From an uncultured delta proteobacterium (GTDB taxonomy: Bacteria > Desulfobacterota > Binatia > Binatales > Binataceae): DNA of 64,000 nucleotides. The notes under the pieces are model-generated. The model worked only from the letters and a program-made list of their open reading frames with translations. It had not been told where the DNA came from and searched no databases. How positions within the stretch are numbered: position 1 is the first letter of the stretch; each line of letters begins with the position of its first letter. A program made the position numbers and the translations under genes. Positions 51,888 through 60,452 of the stretch are shown in pieces. The stretch is from assembly GCA_963724765.1 (NCBI GenBank), contig CAVRVY010000003.1, positions 896,001 to 960,000 on the forward strand, read 5' to 3'.

Positions 51888-52276
51888 ACGATACCTACAC
51901 GATGTTCGTCTGTGTGCGGCGTGAAACGGCAAAGGCGCTGCTGGTCGAACGGCTGGACAGCGGCGGGTTTGAGGAACATTGGGTGCCGCGATCACAGATT
52001 CGCAACTCTGAGGTTTGCTCCCGCGGAGATAGCGGTCATATCGAGGTCACGCGCTGGTGGGCAGAGAAGGCCGGGATACTCGACGACGAGGGTGGCAGCG
52101 AGCGTAGCACAGCGCCGCCAACGGTCGAGCTGACCCATGCGACACGCATCTATCGCCAGCTCGCACAGCGGCACCATCCGGATCGCATAGGCGGAGATGG
52201 CACGACGATGAAGGCGATCAACGTGCTGTGGGATGCGGTCAAGTCCGACATCGAGAAGGCGGCAAGCAGCCGATGA
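51884..52276 (+). CDS. Phage-type small domain fused to a C-terminal J-domain (HPD)
   Basis: ETAKALLV...WVPRSQI N-domain; IYRQLAQRHHPDRIGGDGTTMKAINVLW. Confidence 0.8.
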   Translation: MNDTYTMFVCVRRETAKALLVERLDSGGFEEHWVPRSQIRNSEVCSRGDSGHIEVTRWWAEKAGILDDEGGSERSTAPPTVELTHATRIYRQLAQRHHPDRIGGDGTTMKAINVLWDAVKSDIEKAASSR

Positions 52277-52581
52277 TTTCCTTTGACATCGCTGCTATCC
52301 CGCGCGAGCAGATTCCGGCGTTGATTACCGCCTTGGCCGCGCGACTGCCAGAGCCCGTGCCTACCGCGGCGCCGTCCGCTGGTGACAAGTTGCTCACGGT
52401 AGAAGAGGCGGCCGCAAAGCTGGGCGTGACAAATGAATGGCTCTATCGTCGCGGCAAGCGATTAGGTCTCGCAGTCAAGTTGGGCGATGGCACCCTTCAG
52501 TTTTCCAGCAGCGCGCTCGACGCCTACATCAAAAACCAGACCATCCCGGCAGCGCCCGTTCGGCGCCGACGGGCGGCTTGA
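52273..52581 (+). CDS. Excisionase-like HTH protein
   Basis: LLTVEEAAAKLGVTNEWLYR; ATGA overlap. Confidence 0.8.
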   Translation: MISFDIAAIPREQIPALITALAARLPEPVPTAAPSAGDKLLTVEEAAAKLGVTNEWLYRRGKRLGLAVKLGDGTLQFSSSALDAYIKNQTIPAAPVRRRRAA

Positions 52582-52610
52582 CACAGCTGATATGTTGATA
52601 TCATGATAGC
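52578..52610 (+). promoter_or_regulatory. Sigma70-like promoter with TGATA repeats (putative operator)
   Basis: TTGACA at 52578; cTGATAtgtTGATAtcaTGATAg spans the spacer and -10 region. Confidence 0.55.
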
Positions 52611-52646
52611 GGCATGGGAACAAAGAAACGCAAGGAGGCAACACTC

Positions 52647-52781
52647 ATGCTGAGGCCAACACTCGTTAGGCTGCCCCCGGATCTGTTGAGACGGGCCAAG
52701 AAGATCGCGATCGACCGCGACACTAGCCTTCAGGCGCTAGTCACCGAAGCGCTCGAAGCCTACCTGAAGGTGCGCTCATGA
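52647..52781 (+). CDS. Ribbon-helix-helix protein, 44 aa
   Basis: AAGGAGG SD; MLRPTLVRLPPDLLRRAKKIAIDRDTSLQALVTEALEAYLKVRS; below the ORF-track cutoff. Confidence 0.85.
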   Translation: MLRPTLVRLPPDLLRRAKKIAIDRDTSLQALVTEALEAYLKVRS

Positions 52782-52919
52782 GCCGCGAAATGCGCGGCAG
52801 GGAACGGTCTACAGCGCGGGCAAATCTGATGGATGGAGCGCGTCTCGGAGTACGTAGCAGCTTGCGCAGCCGAGCCCGTCAGGAGCAACGTCATTCCGCT
52901 AGTCAGGAAGGCCGGATGA
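52778..52919 (+). pseudogene. Tyrosine integrase remnant (N- and C-terminal stubs only)
   Basis: Degenerate MRG.GTVY.RGQI*W joined to MERVSEYVA...SNVIPLVRKAG*, at the position expected for int next to attR. Confidence 0.6.
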
Positions 52920-53054
52920 TGTATCAGGATTGTGCCAGTCCTGTGCTAGAACTCACGCGCACGCACGGCATACCAGACCAGACGCCGGGTGGAAAAATCC
53001 ACGGAATACTTGGCGTCGTTGCACGTCAATGGCCGTGCGTGATGGGCGTAATCC

Positions 53055-53103
53055 GCCTCACATGCAAGAGGTCCCAGGTTCAAGTGCTGGTGCGTCCACC
53101 AAA
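53055..53103 (+). repeat. attR: duplicated 3' half of tRNA-Val
   Basis: GCCTCACATGCAAGAGGTCCCAGGTTCAAGTGCTGGTGCGTCCACCAAA; 4 mismatches to 40176-40224. Confidence 0.93.
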
Positions 53104-53170
53104 TCAACCCCAAGCGTCTCGTGCAATCGAGTCGGAGCAATCCTGCGACTGCGGCCGTGCCGCGGTGTGT

Positions 53171-53758
53171 TTATTGCGGATGTTTCGACTTGTCGTGCAA
53201 ACCCCGGGCTGTGTTGATCTCGTCGGCGTTGGCCATGTCGAGTCCGAGCGCCTGGATCGAAAGCTCGAAACGCTCCTGCATCGTGGCATCGTCCCGGGTG
53301 AAGTTGCGCACGAGGCAGCAGTACTCGAGCGACATCCCGTTGGGATCCTTGAAGTAGATCGACTTCGCCCATCCGTGGTCGACCACGTCGGTCACCTGCA
53401 CGCCCTTGTCGATCAGTTCCCGGCGCTTGTCTTCAAGTCCCGCGATGGACCCGGCCTCGAAGGCGAAATGGTAAAAAGCCGCCGGCGTGCCGAGCCCGCG
53501 ATTGATGCCCGCGTCGTACTCGACCGGAACTCCAGGAATCCCGCGCGGCTCCATGAAGGCCAGCAACTGATCGCGGCCGGTGTCAAAGAAAATGTGTCGG
53601 ATGGCGCCGCCTTCCTTGATCTTGATCGTATCGGCGACCACTACCTTGAAGCCCAGCACCTTCTCGTAAAACTCCCGCGTCTTGTCGAGGTCGAGGGTGG
53701 AGAGCCCGACGTGGGAAAATCCCTTGTTGGTCATCGCGTTGGACATCGTATTAGCCAT
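53171..53758 (-). CDS. VOC/glyoxalase family protein
   Basis: FSHVGL, FYHFAF, SIYFKDPNGMSLE. Confidence 0.9.
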   Translation of the reverse strand: MANTMSNAMTNKGFSHVGLSTLDLDKTREFYEKVLGFKVVVADTIKIKEGGAIRHIFFDTGRDQLLAFMEPRGIPGVPVEYDAGINRGLGTPAAFYHFAFEAGSIAGLEDKRRELIDKGVQVTDVVDHGWAKSIYFKDPNGMSLEYCCLVRNFTRDDATMQERFELSIQALGLDMANADEINTARGLHDKSKHPQ

Positions 53759-53893
53759 GGGCCGTGTCCTCCTCGTTTACGGGCGGGGCGAGCTGTTAGG
53801 CGAAGTCAGCGTCGACTGCCAGCCGACACTTAATCTTTAACACCCCCGCCGCCAGCCAACAAGCGCCACGCCGGCCCGGCCTGACGAATCGGT

Positions 53894-55345
53894 TCAGCGC
53901 GCCGAGGAAAGCGGCGCGGCGATTTTTTCCAGGCTGGTCCGCTCCGCGGCGATTCCGAGCGTGGCCTCGGCCATCCCTGCCGCGAGCATCAGGACGGCGG
54001 CGACGAGGTAGCCCCAGAATAACTCCGTGCGCGACTGCGAATCGATCAGCCGGCCGAAAAACCATGGCGCGACCACGCCGCCGACGGCGGTGCCGGCGGA
54101 ATAAAAGACCGCGATCGCCAGCGCGCGCATCTCGAGCGGAAAAATTTCGCTGACGGTCAGGTAGGCCGAACTCGCCGCGGGCGAGGCGAAGAAGAACATC
54201 ACCGACCACAGGATCGCCTGGGTGGTTGCAGTCAAGACGCCGCGCATAAACAGCCATCCGTTCAGAATCAACAGCAGGCCTGCGATAGTGAAGGTCGCGG
54301 TAATCATCTGGCGGCGGCCAAGCGTGTCGAAAAAATGGCCCAGCGCCACCGGGCCGAGAAAATTCCCCAGCGCGAACGGAAGCAGGTAAAGGCCAGTGGT
54401 ATGAACGGACACCCCATAGTAGCGGGTAAGCACGAGCGCGTAGGTGAACAGGATCGCGTTGTACACGAAGGCCTGCGCGATCATCAGCGAAAACCCGAGC
54501 GCCGAGCGCGCGCGGTACTGCGTGACCATCGGTTTCAGGACCGCCTTCAGGCCATAGTGATGCCGCACGTGCAACCGCAGCGCGTCCTCGCGCGGCGGAT
54601 CCTCCAGCCGCACCCCGGTCTCGCGCGCCACCGTCTGCTCCAAAGCGGCCAGGGTTTTTTCAGCCGCTTCGCGCTGCCCATGCGTGACCAGCCATCGCGG
54701 GCTCTCCGGGATGAACCGGCGCAGGTAGAGGATGACTAGCCCAATAACCGCGCCGGCGCCGAAGCCGAGCCGCCATCCGAGGTTGACCGGCAGGATCCTC
54801 GGATTGAGCAGGATTACCGTCGACGCCGCGCCGGCGGCGGCGCCCAGCCAGAAGCTGCCATTGATCATCAGGTCGACGCGGCCGCGAAATCGAGCCGGGA
54901 TCAGTTCATCGATGGCGGAGTTGACCGCCGAGTACTCGCCGCCGATACCAGCGCCGGTGATGAATCTGAACAGCGCGAAGCTCCAGAGGTTCCAGGAAAA
55001 CGCGGTGAGCCCCACGCCGAGCAAGTAGATGCCCAGGCTGATGAAGAAGAACTTGCGGCGGCCGTAGCGATCGGTCAGATGGCCGAAGACCAGCGAGCCG
55101 AGCACCGCGCCGACCAGGTAGGCCGAGCCTATCGCGCCGACCTGCGCGGCGCTGAAATGCAGCACGTCCGGCCGCTGCAGGACGGCGCTGATCGCGCCCA
55201 TCAGCGTCACCTCGAGGCCGTCGAGCACCCAGGTGATGCCAAGCCCGATCACCAGCAGCCAGTGAAATTCGCTCCACGGCAGACGGTCGAGCCGCGCCGG
55301 GATCAGCGTCTCGAAGGTCTCCTGAATGTCGGTCGGCGTTGTCAG
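53894..55345 (-). CDS. MFS transporter (sugar/aromatic acid type); start uncertain
   Basis: IPARLDRLPWS.FH upstream of the annotated GTG; DRYGRRK, GGEYSA, IPESPRWL, SEIFPLE.R. Confidence 0.9.
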   Translation of the reverse strand: MTTPTDIQETFETLIPARLDRLPWSEFHWLLVIGLGITWVLDGLEVTLMGAISAVLQRPDVLHFSAAQVGAIGSAYLVGAVLGSLVFGHLTDRYGRRKFFFISLGIYLLGVGLTAFSWNLWSFALFRFITGAGIGGEYSAVNSAIDELIPARFRGRVDLMINGSFWLGAAAGAASTVILLNPRILPVNLGWRLGFGAGAVIGLVILYLRRFIPESPRWLVTHGQREAAEKTLAALEQTVARETGVRLEDPPREDALRLHVRHHYGLKAVLKPMVTQYRARSALGFSLMIAQAFVYNAILFTYALVLTRYYGVSVHTTGLYLLPFALGNFLGPVALGHFFDTLGRRQMITATFTIAGLLLILNGWLFMRGVLTATTQAILWSVMFFFASPAASSAYLTVSEIFPLEMRALAIAVFYSAGTAVGGVVAPWFFGRLIDSQSRTELFWGYLVAAVLMLAAGMAEATLGIAAERTSLEKIAAPLSSAR

Positions 55346-57021
55346 GCGTCGTCGTGAGCGGCGTCGCGCGCGAAGCGAATGGTGAAGGTCGAGCCCTTAC
55401 TCTTTTCGCTCGTGACCGCGATCTCCGCGCCGTTGAGTTCGAGATATTTCCTGACCAGCGAGAGTCCCAGGCCGACGCCCTCGAACCCGCGCGTGAGACT
55501 AGGGTTCTCCTGTGAGAAGGCCTCGAAGATATGCGGCAGGTAATTAGTGTCGATTCCGACGCCGGTGTCGCGCACCTCAAGGCACAACGCCGCGCGTGCA
55601 TCGCGGCTAAGGCGCACCGTGACTTTTCCCCGCTCGGTGAACTTGATCGCATTCTGCAGCAGGTTGGTCAGCGCGTTTGAGAGACAGCCCTCGTCGAAGC
55701 TCACGACCGCCTGTGGCTCGTCGATCTGGGCGCTGAGCGCGAGGCCCTTTTTGGCCGCCAGGATCCTGAACTCTCCCAACAACCGTCCTACGAATTCAGC
55801 GAGCTTGATTGGCTTCCGATCGAGCCGATACGCACCCGATTCGATCTTGGAGAATTCTAGGATCGAAGCAACGGTGTCGAGCAGACGTTTGCTGGCGCGG
55901 CGCACCGGTTCGGCGTAGTCGCTCGCGCGCGAGTCGCCCAGCTCCGCCAGGCGCTCGGTCATCAGGTCAGCGTAGCCCAGGATGATGTTGAGCGGGGTAT
56001 GGATTTCGTGGGTCACGTTGGCCACGAAGGCCGACTTCAGCCGTGAAGCCTCCAGCGCCGCGTCACGCGCCTGGGTCAGTTCCTGCTCGCGCCGCTTGTC
56101 TGCGGTGGTATCGCGGGAAATTATCGAGAAGCCAAGCAGCTGGCCAGTCGCATCGCGCGGCGCAGTAATCACAACGTGAGCGAAGAAACGTGTACCGTCC
56201 TTGCGCAGACGCCATCCCTCGCTCTCGACGCGGCCGTGGACACGCGCGCTTTCGATTAGCTCCTCGGGTCTCCCTGCGGCCCGTTCCTCGGGCGGAAAGA
56301 AACACGAGACATGCCGTCCCACGATCTCGCCGGCGACGTAGCCCATCAGTTGCTCGCCGCCGCGGTTCCAGCTCGCCACGCGTCCGTTCGTGTCCGCCAT
56401 CCAGATGGCATAGTCCCTGGCTTCCTCGACCAGGAGCCGGAAGCGCTCTTCGCTTTCACGCAGCTTCTCGGCGGTCCGCTGTGCGTCGTCGTACAAATGG
56501 CGCAGATGGCCCTCGCGCAGCCGGGCGTAAATCAGCCCCGTCGATTCGATCGCCTGGCTCCACAGCCGGTTAAACGGCAGCACCGCCGCGACTTGTCCTT
56601 CGTCGCCTCCCAATACGCGCCCGATCTCCTGCCCGAGCAGGCCACGCACCGTGCGCGCCGAAGAGAACAGCGCTTCGATGGTCGCGCGCTGACGCTCCGG
56701 CTCGTCGAGCTGACCGCGGATCACACTCTCGATGAAAGTCTCGTAGCGCGCGAGCGCGCCCTCGGGGTTGCATTCGGACAATTGCTCGAAAAAGTTGCCC
56801 AGGAATGGAACGGTCATCCCGCGCAACGTCTGACGCATCCCCGGAAGCTTGTCGGCCGGCGCGGCGAGCTCTATCGCTTCGGCCCAACGCTCGGCTATCC
56901 GCTCGAGGTTCGGAAGCAGGCGGCGCGCGACTTCCGCCATCAGATCGCGTTCGCGGTTGCTGAAGGATGGATGCTCTAGGTCGTCCAAAGGATCAGGACC
57001 GCGCAAGTGATTGTCTATCAA
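55342..57021 (-). CDS. PAS sensor histidine kinase with RsbRD-N/globin-like helical N-terminus
   Basis: PAS (EGWRLRKDGTRF), H-box THEIHTPLN, NAIKF, DTGVG, GVGLGL. Confidence 0.92.
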   Translation of the reverse strand: MIDNHLRGPDPLDDLEHPSFSNRERDLMAEVARRLLPNLERIAERWAEAIELAAPADKLPGMRQTLRGMTVPFLGNFFEQLSECNPEGALARYETFIESVIRGQLDEPERQRATIEALFSSARTVRGLLGQEIGRVLGGDEGQVAAVLPFNRLWSQAIESTGLIYARLREGHLRHLYDDAQRTAEKLRESEERFRLLVEEARDYAIWMADTNGRVASWNRGGEQLMGYVAGEIVGRHVSCFFPPEERAAGRPEELIESARVHGRVESEGWRLRKDGTRFFAHVVITAPRDATGQLLGFSIISRDTTADKRREQELTQARDAALEASRLKSAFVANVTHEIHTPLNIILGYADLMTERLAELGDSRASDYAEPVRRASKRLLDTVASILEFSKIESGAYRLDRKPIKLAEFVGRLLGEFRILAAKKGLALSAQIDEPQAVVSFDEGCLSNALTNLLQNAIKFTERGKVTVRLSRDARAALCLEVRDTGVGIDTNYLPHIFEAFSQENPSLTRGFEGVGLGLSLVRKYLELNGAEIAVTSEKSKGSTFTIRFARDAAHDDA

Positions 57022-57075
57022 TTAGGACTTCTGGGCAGGTTAGGAGTTCTGGGCAGGTTAGGACTTCTGGGCAGG
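57022..57075. repeat. Tandem repeat 3 x 18 bp
   Basis: TTAGGA(C/G)TTCTGGGCAGG x3 immediately upstream of the kinase start. Confidence 0.95.
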
Positions 57076-57283
57076 GCGATCAACGTGAGTAATATTAAAC
57101 TAATAAAAATAACCTGAAAATAGTCTCCCTAAGCAATTTAGACGGGTTATTGACGACATTTGGCTATCCGAGCCTGCGTCCCACGGATTGAGCCTGGGTG
57201 TTCGAGATTGACGGCTGCCGCTTATATTTGCGATTGAGCTTCGTAATCCTGAAGGCGGGTTGAGTTCAGCAAGAGGTGAATCC

Positions 57284-58003
57284 ATGCCGGTTTTCGAGCG
57301 CGCAGGCATTTCGCTGTATTACGAGGAATACGGGTCGGGCTATCCGCTGCTGTTGTTCGCGCCAGGCGGGATGCGTTCCAGCATCGATTTCTGGCGGCGC
57401 AGTCCTTTCGATCCGACCGTCGAGCTGGCGCAGGATTTCCGCGTAATCGCGATGGACCAGCGCAACGCCGGCCACTCGCGCGCGCCGATTAGCGCGGCCG
57501 ACGGATGGGAGACTTACGCCGCCGACCATCTCGCCCTGCTCGACCATCTCGGTGCCCGTCGCGCGCACCTGTTGGGCGGTTGCATCGGGTCGTCGTACTG
57601 CCTGGGGTTGATCAAACTCGCGCCCGAGCGGGTGAGCGCCGCGGTACTGCAAAACCCGATCGGGCTCAGCCCCGAAAACCGCGTGGCCTTCAACGAGATG
57701 TTCGACGGTTGGGCGAGCGAACTCAGGAAGACCCGTCCCGAGTTGAGCGACGCGGCGCTCGAAGCGTTTCGCGCGCGGATGTACGACGGCGATTTCGTCT
57801 TCTCGGTGTCGCGGGAGTTCGTACGCGCGTGCGGCACGCCGATGCTGGTGCTGGCGGGCGACGATCTCTATCATCCGGCGCCGGTAGCGGAAGAGATCGC
57901 GCGCCTTGCGCCCAACGCCGAGCTGATCATGAAATGGAAGACGCCGGACACGACGCCCGCGGCGGTCGCGCGCGTGCGCGCTTTCCTGAGGGCGCATCAG
58001 TAG
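57284..58003 (+). CDS. Alpha/beta hydrolase (GGCIG elbow)
   Basis: APGGMRS, MDQRNAG, GGCIG, D.YHP. Confidence 0.88.
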   Translation: MPVFERAGISLYYEEYGSGYPLLLFAPGGMRSSIDFWRRSPFDPTVELAQDFRVIAMDQRNAGHSRAPISAADGWETYAADHLALLDHLGARRAHLLGGCIGSSYCLGLIKLAPERVSAAVLQNPIGLSPENRVAFNEMFDGWASELRKTRPELSDAALEAFRARMYDGDFVFSVSREFVRACGTPMLVLAGDDLYHPAPVAEEIARLAPNAELIMKWKTPDTTPAAVARVRAFLRAHQ

Positions 58004-58052
58004 CGCCCCAGTAGCGTCGCGTGCCGCGGCGAAGTCGCCGCCGAGCGCCCGC

Positions 58053-58919
58053 CTAGCGGAGACAGGCGCGCGCCAGATCTTCCAACTCGCGCTCGTACTT
58101 GTCCGGCGCCAGCGTGGGCGCGGCGACCAGCACACGATGCGCTCCGGCCTCCTGGTATTCCTTGATCGCGCGGGCCACTTCGGGCGGCTTCTCCAGCATC
58201 AGGAAAGTGATTTCAATCTTGCTGAAGTCGCGCCCGGCTTGTACGCACATCGTTCGCAGGTTCCCAAGCTCGGTGGACAATTGCGCGGGCTTCAGCCCTA
58301 GCGGCATCCATCCGTCGCCGATCGCGACCGTATTCTTGAGCGCGCGCTCGCAGCCCACGCCCATCCCGCCGGCGCCGATAATGATCGGAGGATTAGGCTT
58401 CTGCACCGGCTTGGGAAAAAACCTGACCTTGGGAAAGCTGACGAACTTGCCCTCGAAGCTCGGCTCGGGCTTGGTCCACAGCTCTTTCATCGCGGCGATG
58501 TACTCGCGGGTCATCGGCCAGCGCCGCTTGAAGTCCACGCCCATGATCTCCGACTCGTCGGCGAGCCATCCCGCGCCGATCCCGAACATAAAGCGCCCGC
58601 CCGAGAAGTGATCGAGCGTCGAGATCTCCTTGGCCATCACGATCGGGTCGCGCTCCGGCACCAGGCAGATGCCGGTGGCGAGCTTCAAGTGCGTGGTCGT
58701 CCCGGCCGCGAGCGCCAGCGCGATAAACGGGTCGGGCATGTGCGCGTAGACCTCCGGGATGCTGCCGTCACCCATCGGGTAGCGCGTCCGGTGATGCACC
58801 GGGATTATCGGATGCTCGGGGATGAAGATCGAGTCGAAGCCGAGCGCCTCGGCCTTGCGAGCGATATTCGCGGGGTTGGCGGTGTTCTCGGTCACGAATG
58901 CCTGCAAGCCTATCTTCAT
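58053..58919 (-). CDS. LLM-class F420-dependent oxidoreductase
   Basis: FIPEHP, DPFIAL, TLDHFSGGRF..GIGAGW, PKPVQKP. Confidence 0.92.
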   Translation of the reverse strand: MKIGLQAFVTENTANPANIARKAEALGFDSIFIPEHPIIPVHHRTRYPMGDGSIPEVYAHMPDPFIALALAAGTTTHLKLATGICLVPERDPIVMAKEISTLDHFSGGRFMFGIGAGWLADESEIMGVDFKRRWPMTREYIAAMKELWTKPEPSFEGKFVSFPKVRFFPKPVQKPNPPIIIGAGGMGVGCERALKNTVAIGDGWMPLGLKPAQLSTELGNLRTMCVQAGRDFSKIEITFLMLEKPPEVARAIKEYQEAGAHRVLVAAPTLAPDKYERELEDLARACLR

Positions 58920-59054
58920 ATGCGGCTCCTTGTCGCGTGAAGGTCGGATCGCGAGTTATCGCGCAAAGCGCCGCGAATGCCAAGAGCTGGCGAATCTGGT
59001 AAGCCCTGGCGGTCCCGGCGCGGCGGGCGCGCGTCACCTATGAGCGCGCGCTAT

Positions 59055-60308
59055 CTAGTCGATTGCGAGGCTGGCGAAGGAGACCAGGGAATCGGTTTGC
59101 GGTTCGAGCGCGATGTCATAGTGCAACAGGCGCGCGCGCCGGCCGCTTAGTAGTTCGAGCTGCGTGTACATCGGAGCCAGCCCGCAAATCTTACGCTGGT
59201 CGCCTTCGCGCGCGATGTCGGCGAAGAAACCGCCCGGATCGCCGGCCTTGATAGTTTCGATGAGCGCCAAATCCTCGCACCGCACGCGAGCGGTAAGATC
59301 GTCGTCGAGGCCGAAGGAGTCGCCGAATTTGCGGCCGACGTGGGCGAAATCGACACCGGCCAAGATCAGTACGCGGCGACGCTCGGCGGCGAGCTCCTCG
59401 CGCAGCGCCTCGAGCAAGCGCGCCACGCGCGGATTGCTCGCCGGACTCTCGCCCTCGCGCACCATCTGATGAAACGAGCTGACCAGGATCGGCGCCACCT
59501 GGTAGCCCTGCACACCCAGCGCCCAGGCCAGAAAGAGCGCCTGGAACTCGATCGAATGTTCATTGCGATGGAGCATCTCGTCGGCGAAGAGGTCGCCGCC
59601 GCGCGAGCCGGCGTAGCGCGCCGCAAGCCGTTCGACGAAGCCGCGATCGGTCGACACCGCGCCGAGCGGGGTCAGGTAATCTTTGCGCGTCGCGCTGAAC
59701 AGCTCCGGCCCGGCGCCGTAATGCGAGGTGCCGAGGATGACGATCAGCTCGGGACGCTGGTGCCGGCGCAGCTCGTTATATGCCCACGCGTAGGCCGCGG
59801 CGCCGCGGCGCGGGTCGATGTGCGGCGCGATGAGTCCGGCGAGAGTTCCGGCTGCCGTTGACGGTGCCGGCGCCGCCAGCGCGGCTCGTCCGGGCGCGTT
59901 GGGGCGCTCGAAGAACGACTCTATCTCGGCGCGCAGCCGTGACGGCTCGGTCTCGTAGCAGAGTCCCGCCAGCGCCGCCGCGCGGGCCGGACTTTGGCCG
60001 AACTCCTCGCGCACGCTACGCACCCGCTCGGCAAAGGATGGCGAATCGAGAAAATAGGCGCGGTCCAGTGCGGTGACCAGCTCGCGGATTTTCTCGGACG
60101 GGATGACCTCGCCGAAGCGATGACTGAACGCGGCCTGCAAATCGAGCGTCGAGTTGGTCCCGTCGAACAGGGTCACCAGGAAATAGGCGCCCATCCCGAG
60201 CATGATCGGCTCAGGTGCGAATCCCGACGGATCGCGCAGACAGATCAGCGTCTGTTCCTGCTGTTCCATCGGAAAGGCTTCGACCGCGCGAATTATCGGC
60301 TTGTCCAT
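59055..60308 (-). CDS. AmmeMemoRadiSam system protein B (MEMO1 family)
   Basis: APHID, GTSHY, HRNEHSIEFQ, DFAHVG, ICG. Confidence 0.9.
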   Translation of the reverse strand: MDKPIIRAVEAFPMEQQEQTLICLRDPSGFAPEPIMLGMGAYFLVTLFDGTNSTLDLQAAFSHRFGEVIPSEKIRELVTALDRAYFLDSPSFAERVRSVREEFGQSPARAAALAGLCYETEPSRLRAEIESFFERPNAPGRAALAAPAPSTAAGTLAGLIAPHIDPRRGAAAYAWAYNELRRHQRPELIVILGTSHYGAGPELFSATRKDYLTPLGAVSTDRGFVERLAARYAGSRGGDLFADEMLHRNEHSIEFQALFLAWALGVQGYQVAPILVSSFHQMVREGESPASNPRVARLLEALREELAAERRRVLILAGVDFAHVGRKFGDSFGLDDDLTARVRCEDLALIETIKAGDPGGFFADIAREGDQRKICGLAPMYTQLELLSGRRARLLHYDIALEPQTDSLVSFASLAID

Positions 60309-60452
60309 CTATGTGCGCTCCCGATATGCGCCCCCGCGATTAGCTCACGAGCTTCTTTTTTTACCACGGCGAACGGCGCGGCTTTTATCAGATATTATAA
60401 TGATCGGCGCATGTGCGGATGGAAAGGCCAGCGCTGCAGGCGGGATTGAACG

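Larger units (their letters stand above)
40176..53103. mobile_element. Integrated phage-satellite-like element (~12.9 kb) in tRNA-Val(CAC)
   Basis: 49-bp imperfect direct repeats of the tRNA 3' half (40176-40224, 53055-53103); primase-helicase, HTH/xis, RHH and integrase remnant. Confidence 0.9.

Noticed and set aside
53055-53103. Second tRNA-Val gene
   Set aside because: Only the 3' half is present; it is the attR duplication
52778-53833. 351-aa ORF as a real integrase
   Set aside because: It crosses attR, is mostly the antisense shadow of the VOC gene, and has no R-H-R-Y catalytic motifs
57022-57075. CRISPR array
   Set aside because: The repeats are contiguous 18-mers with no spacers, and no cas genes are present
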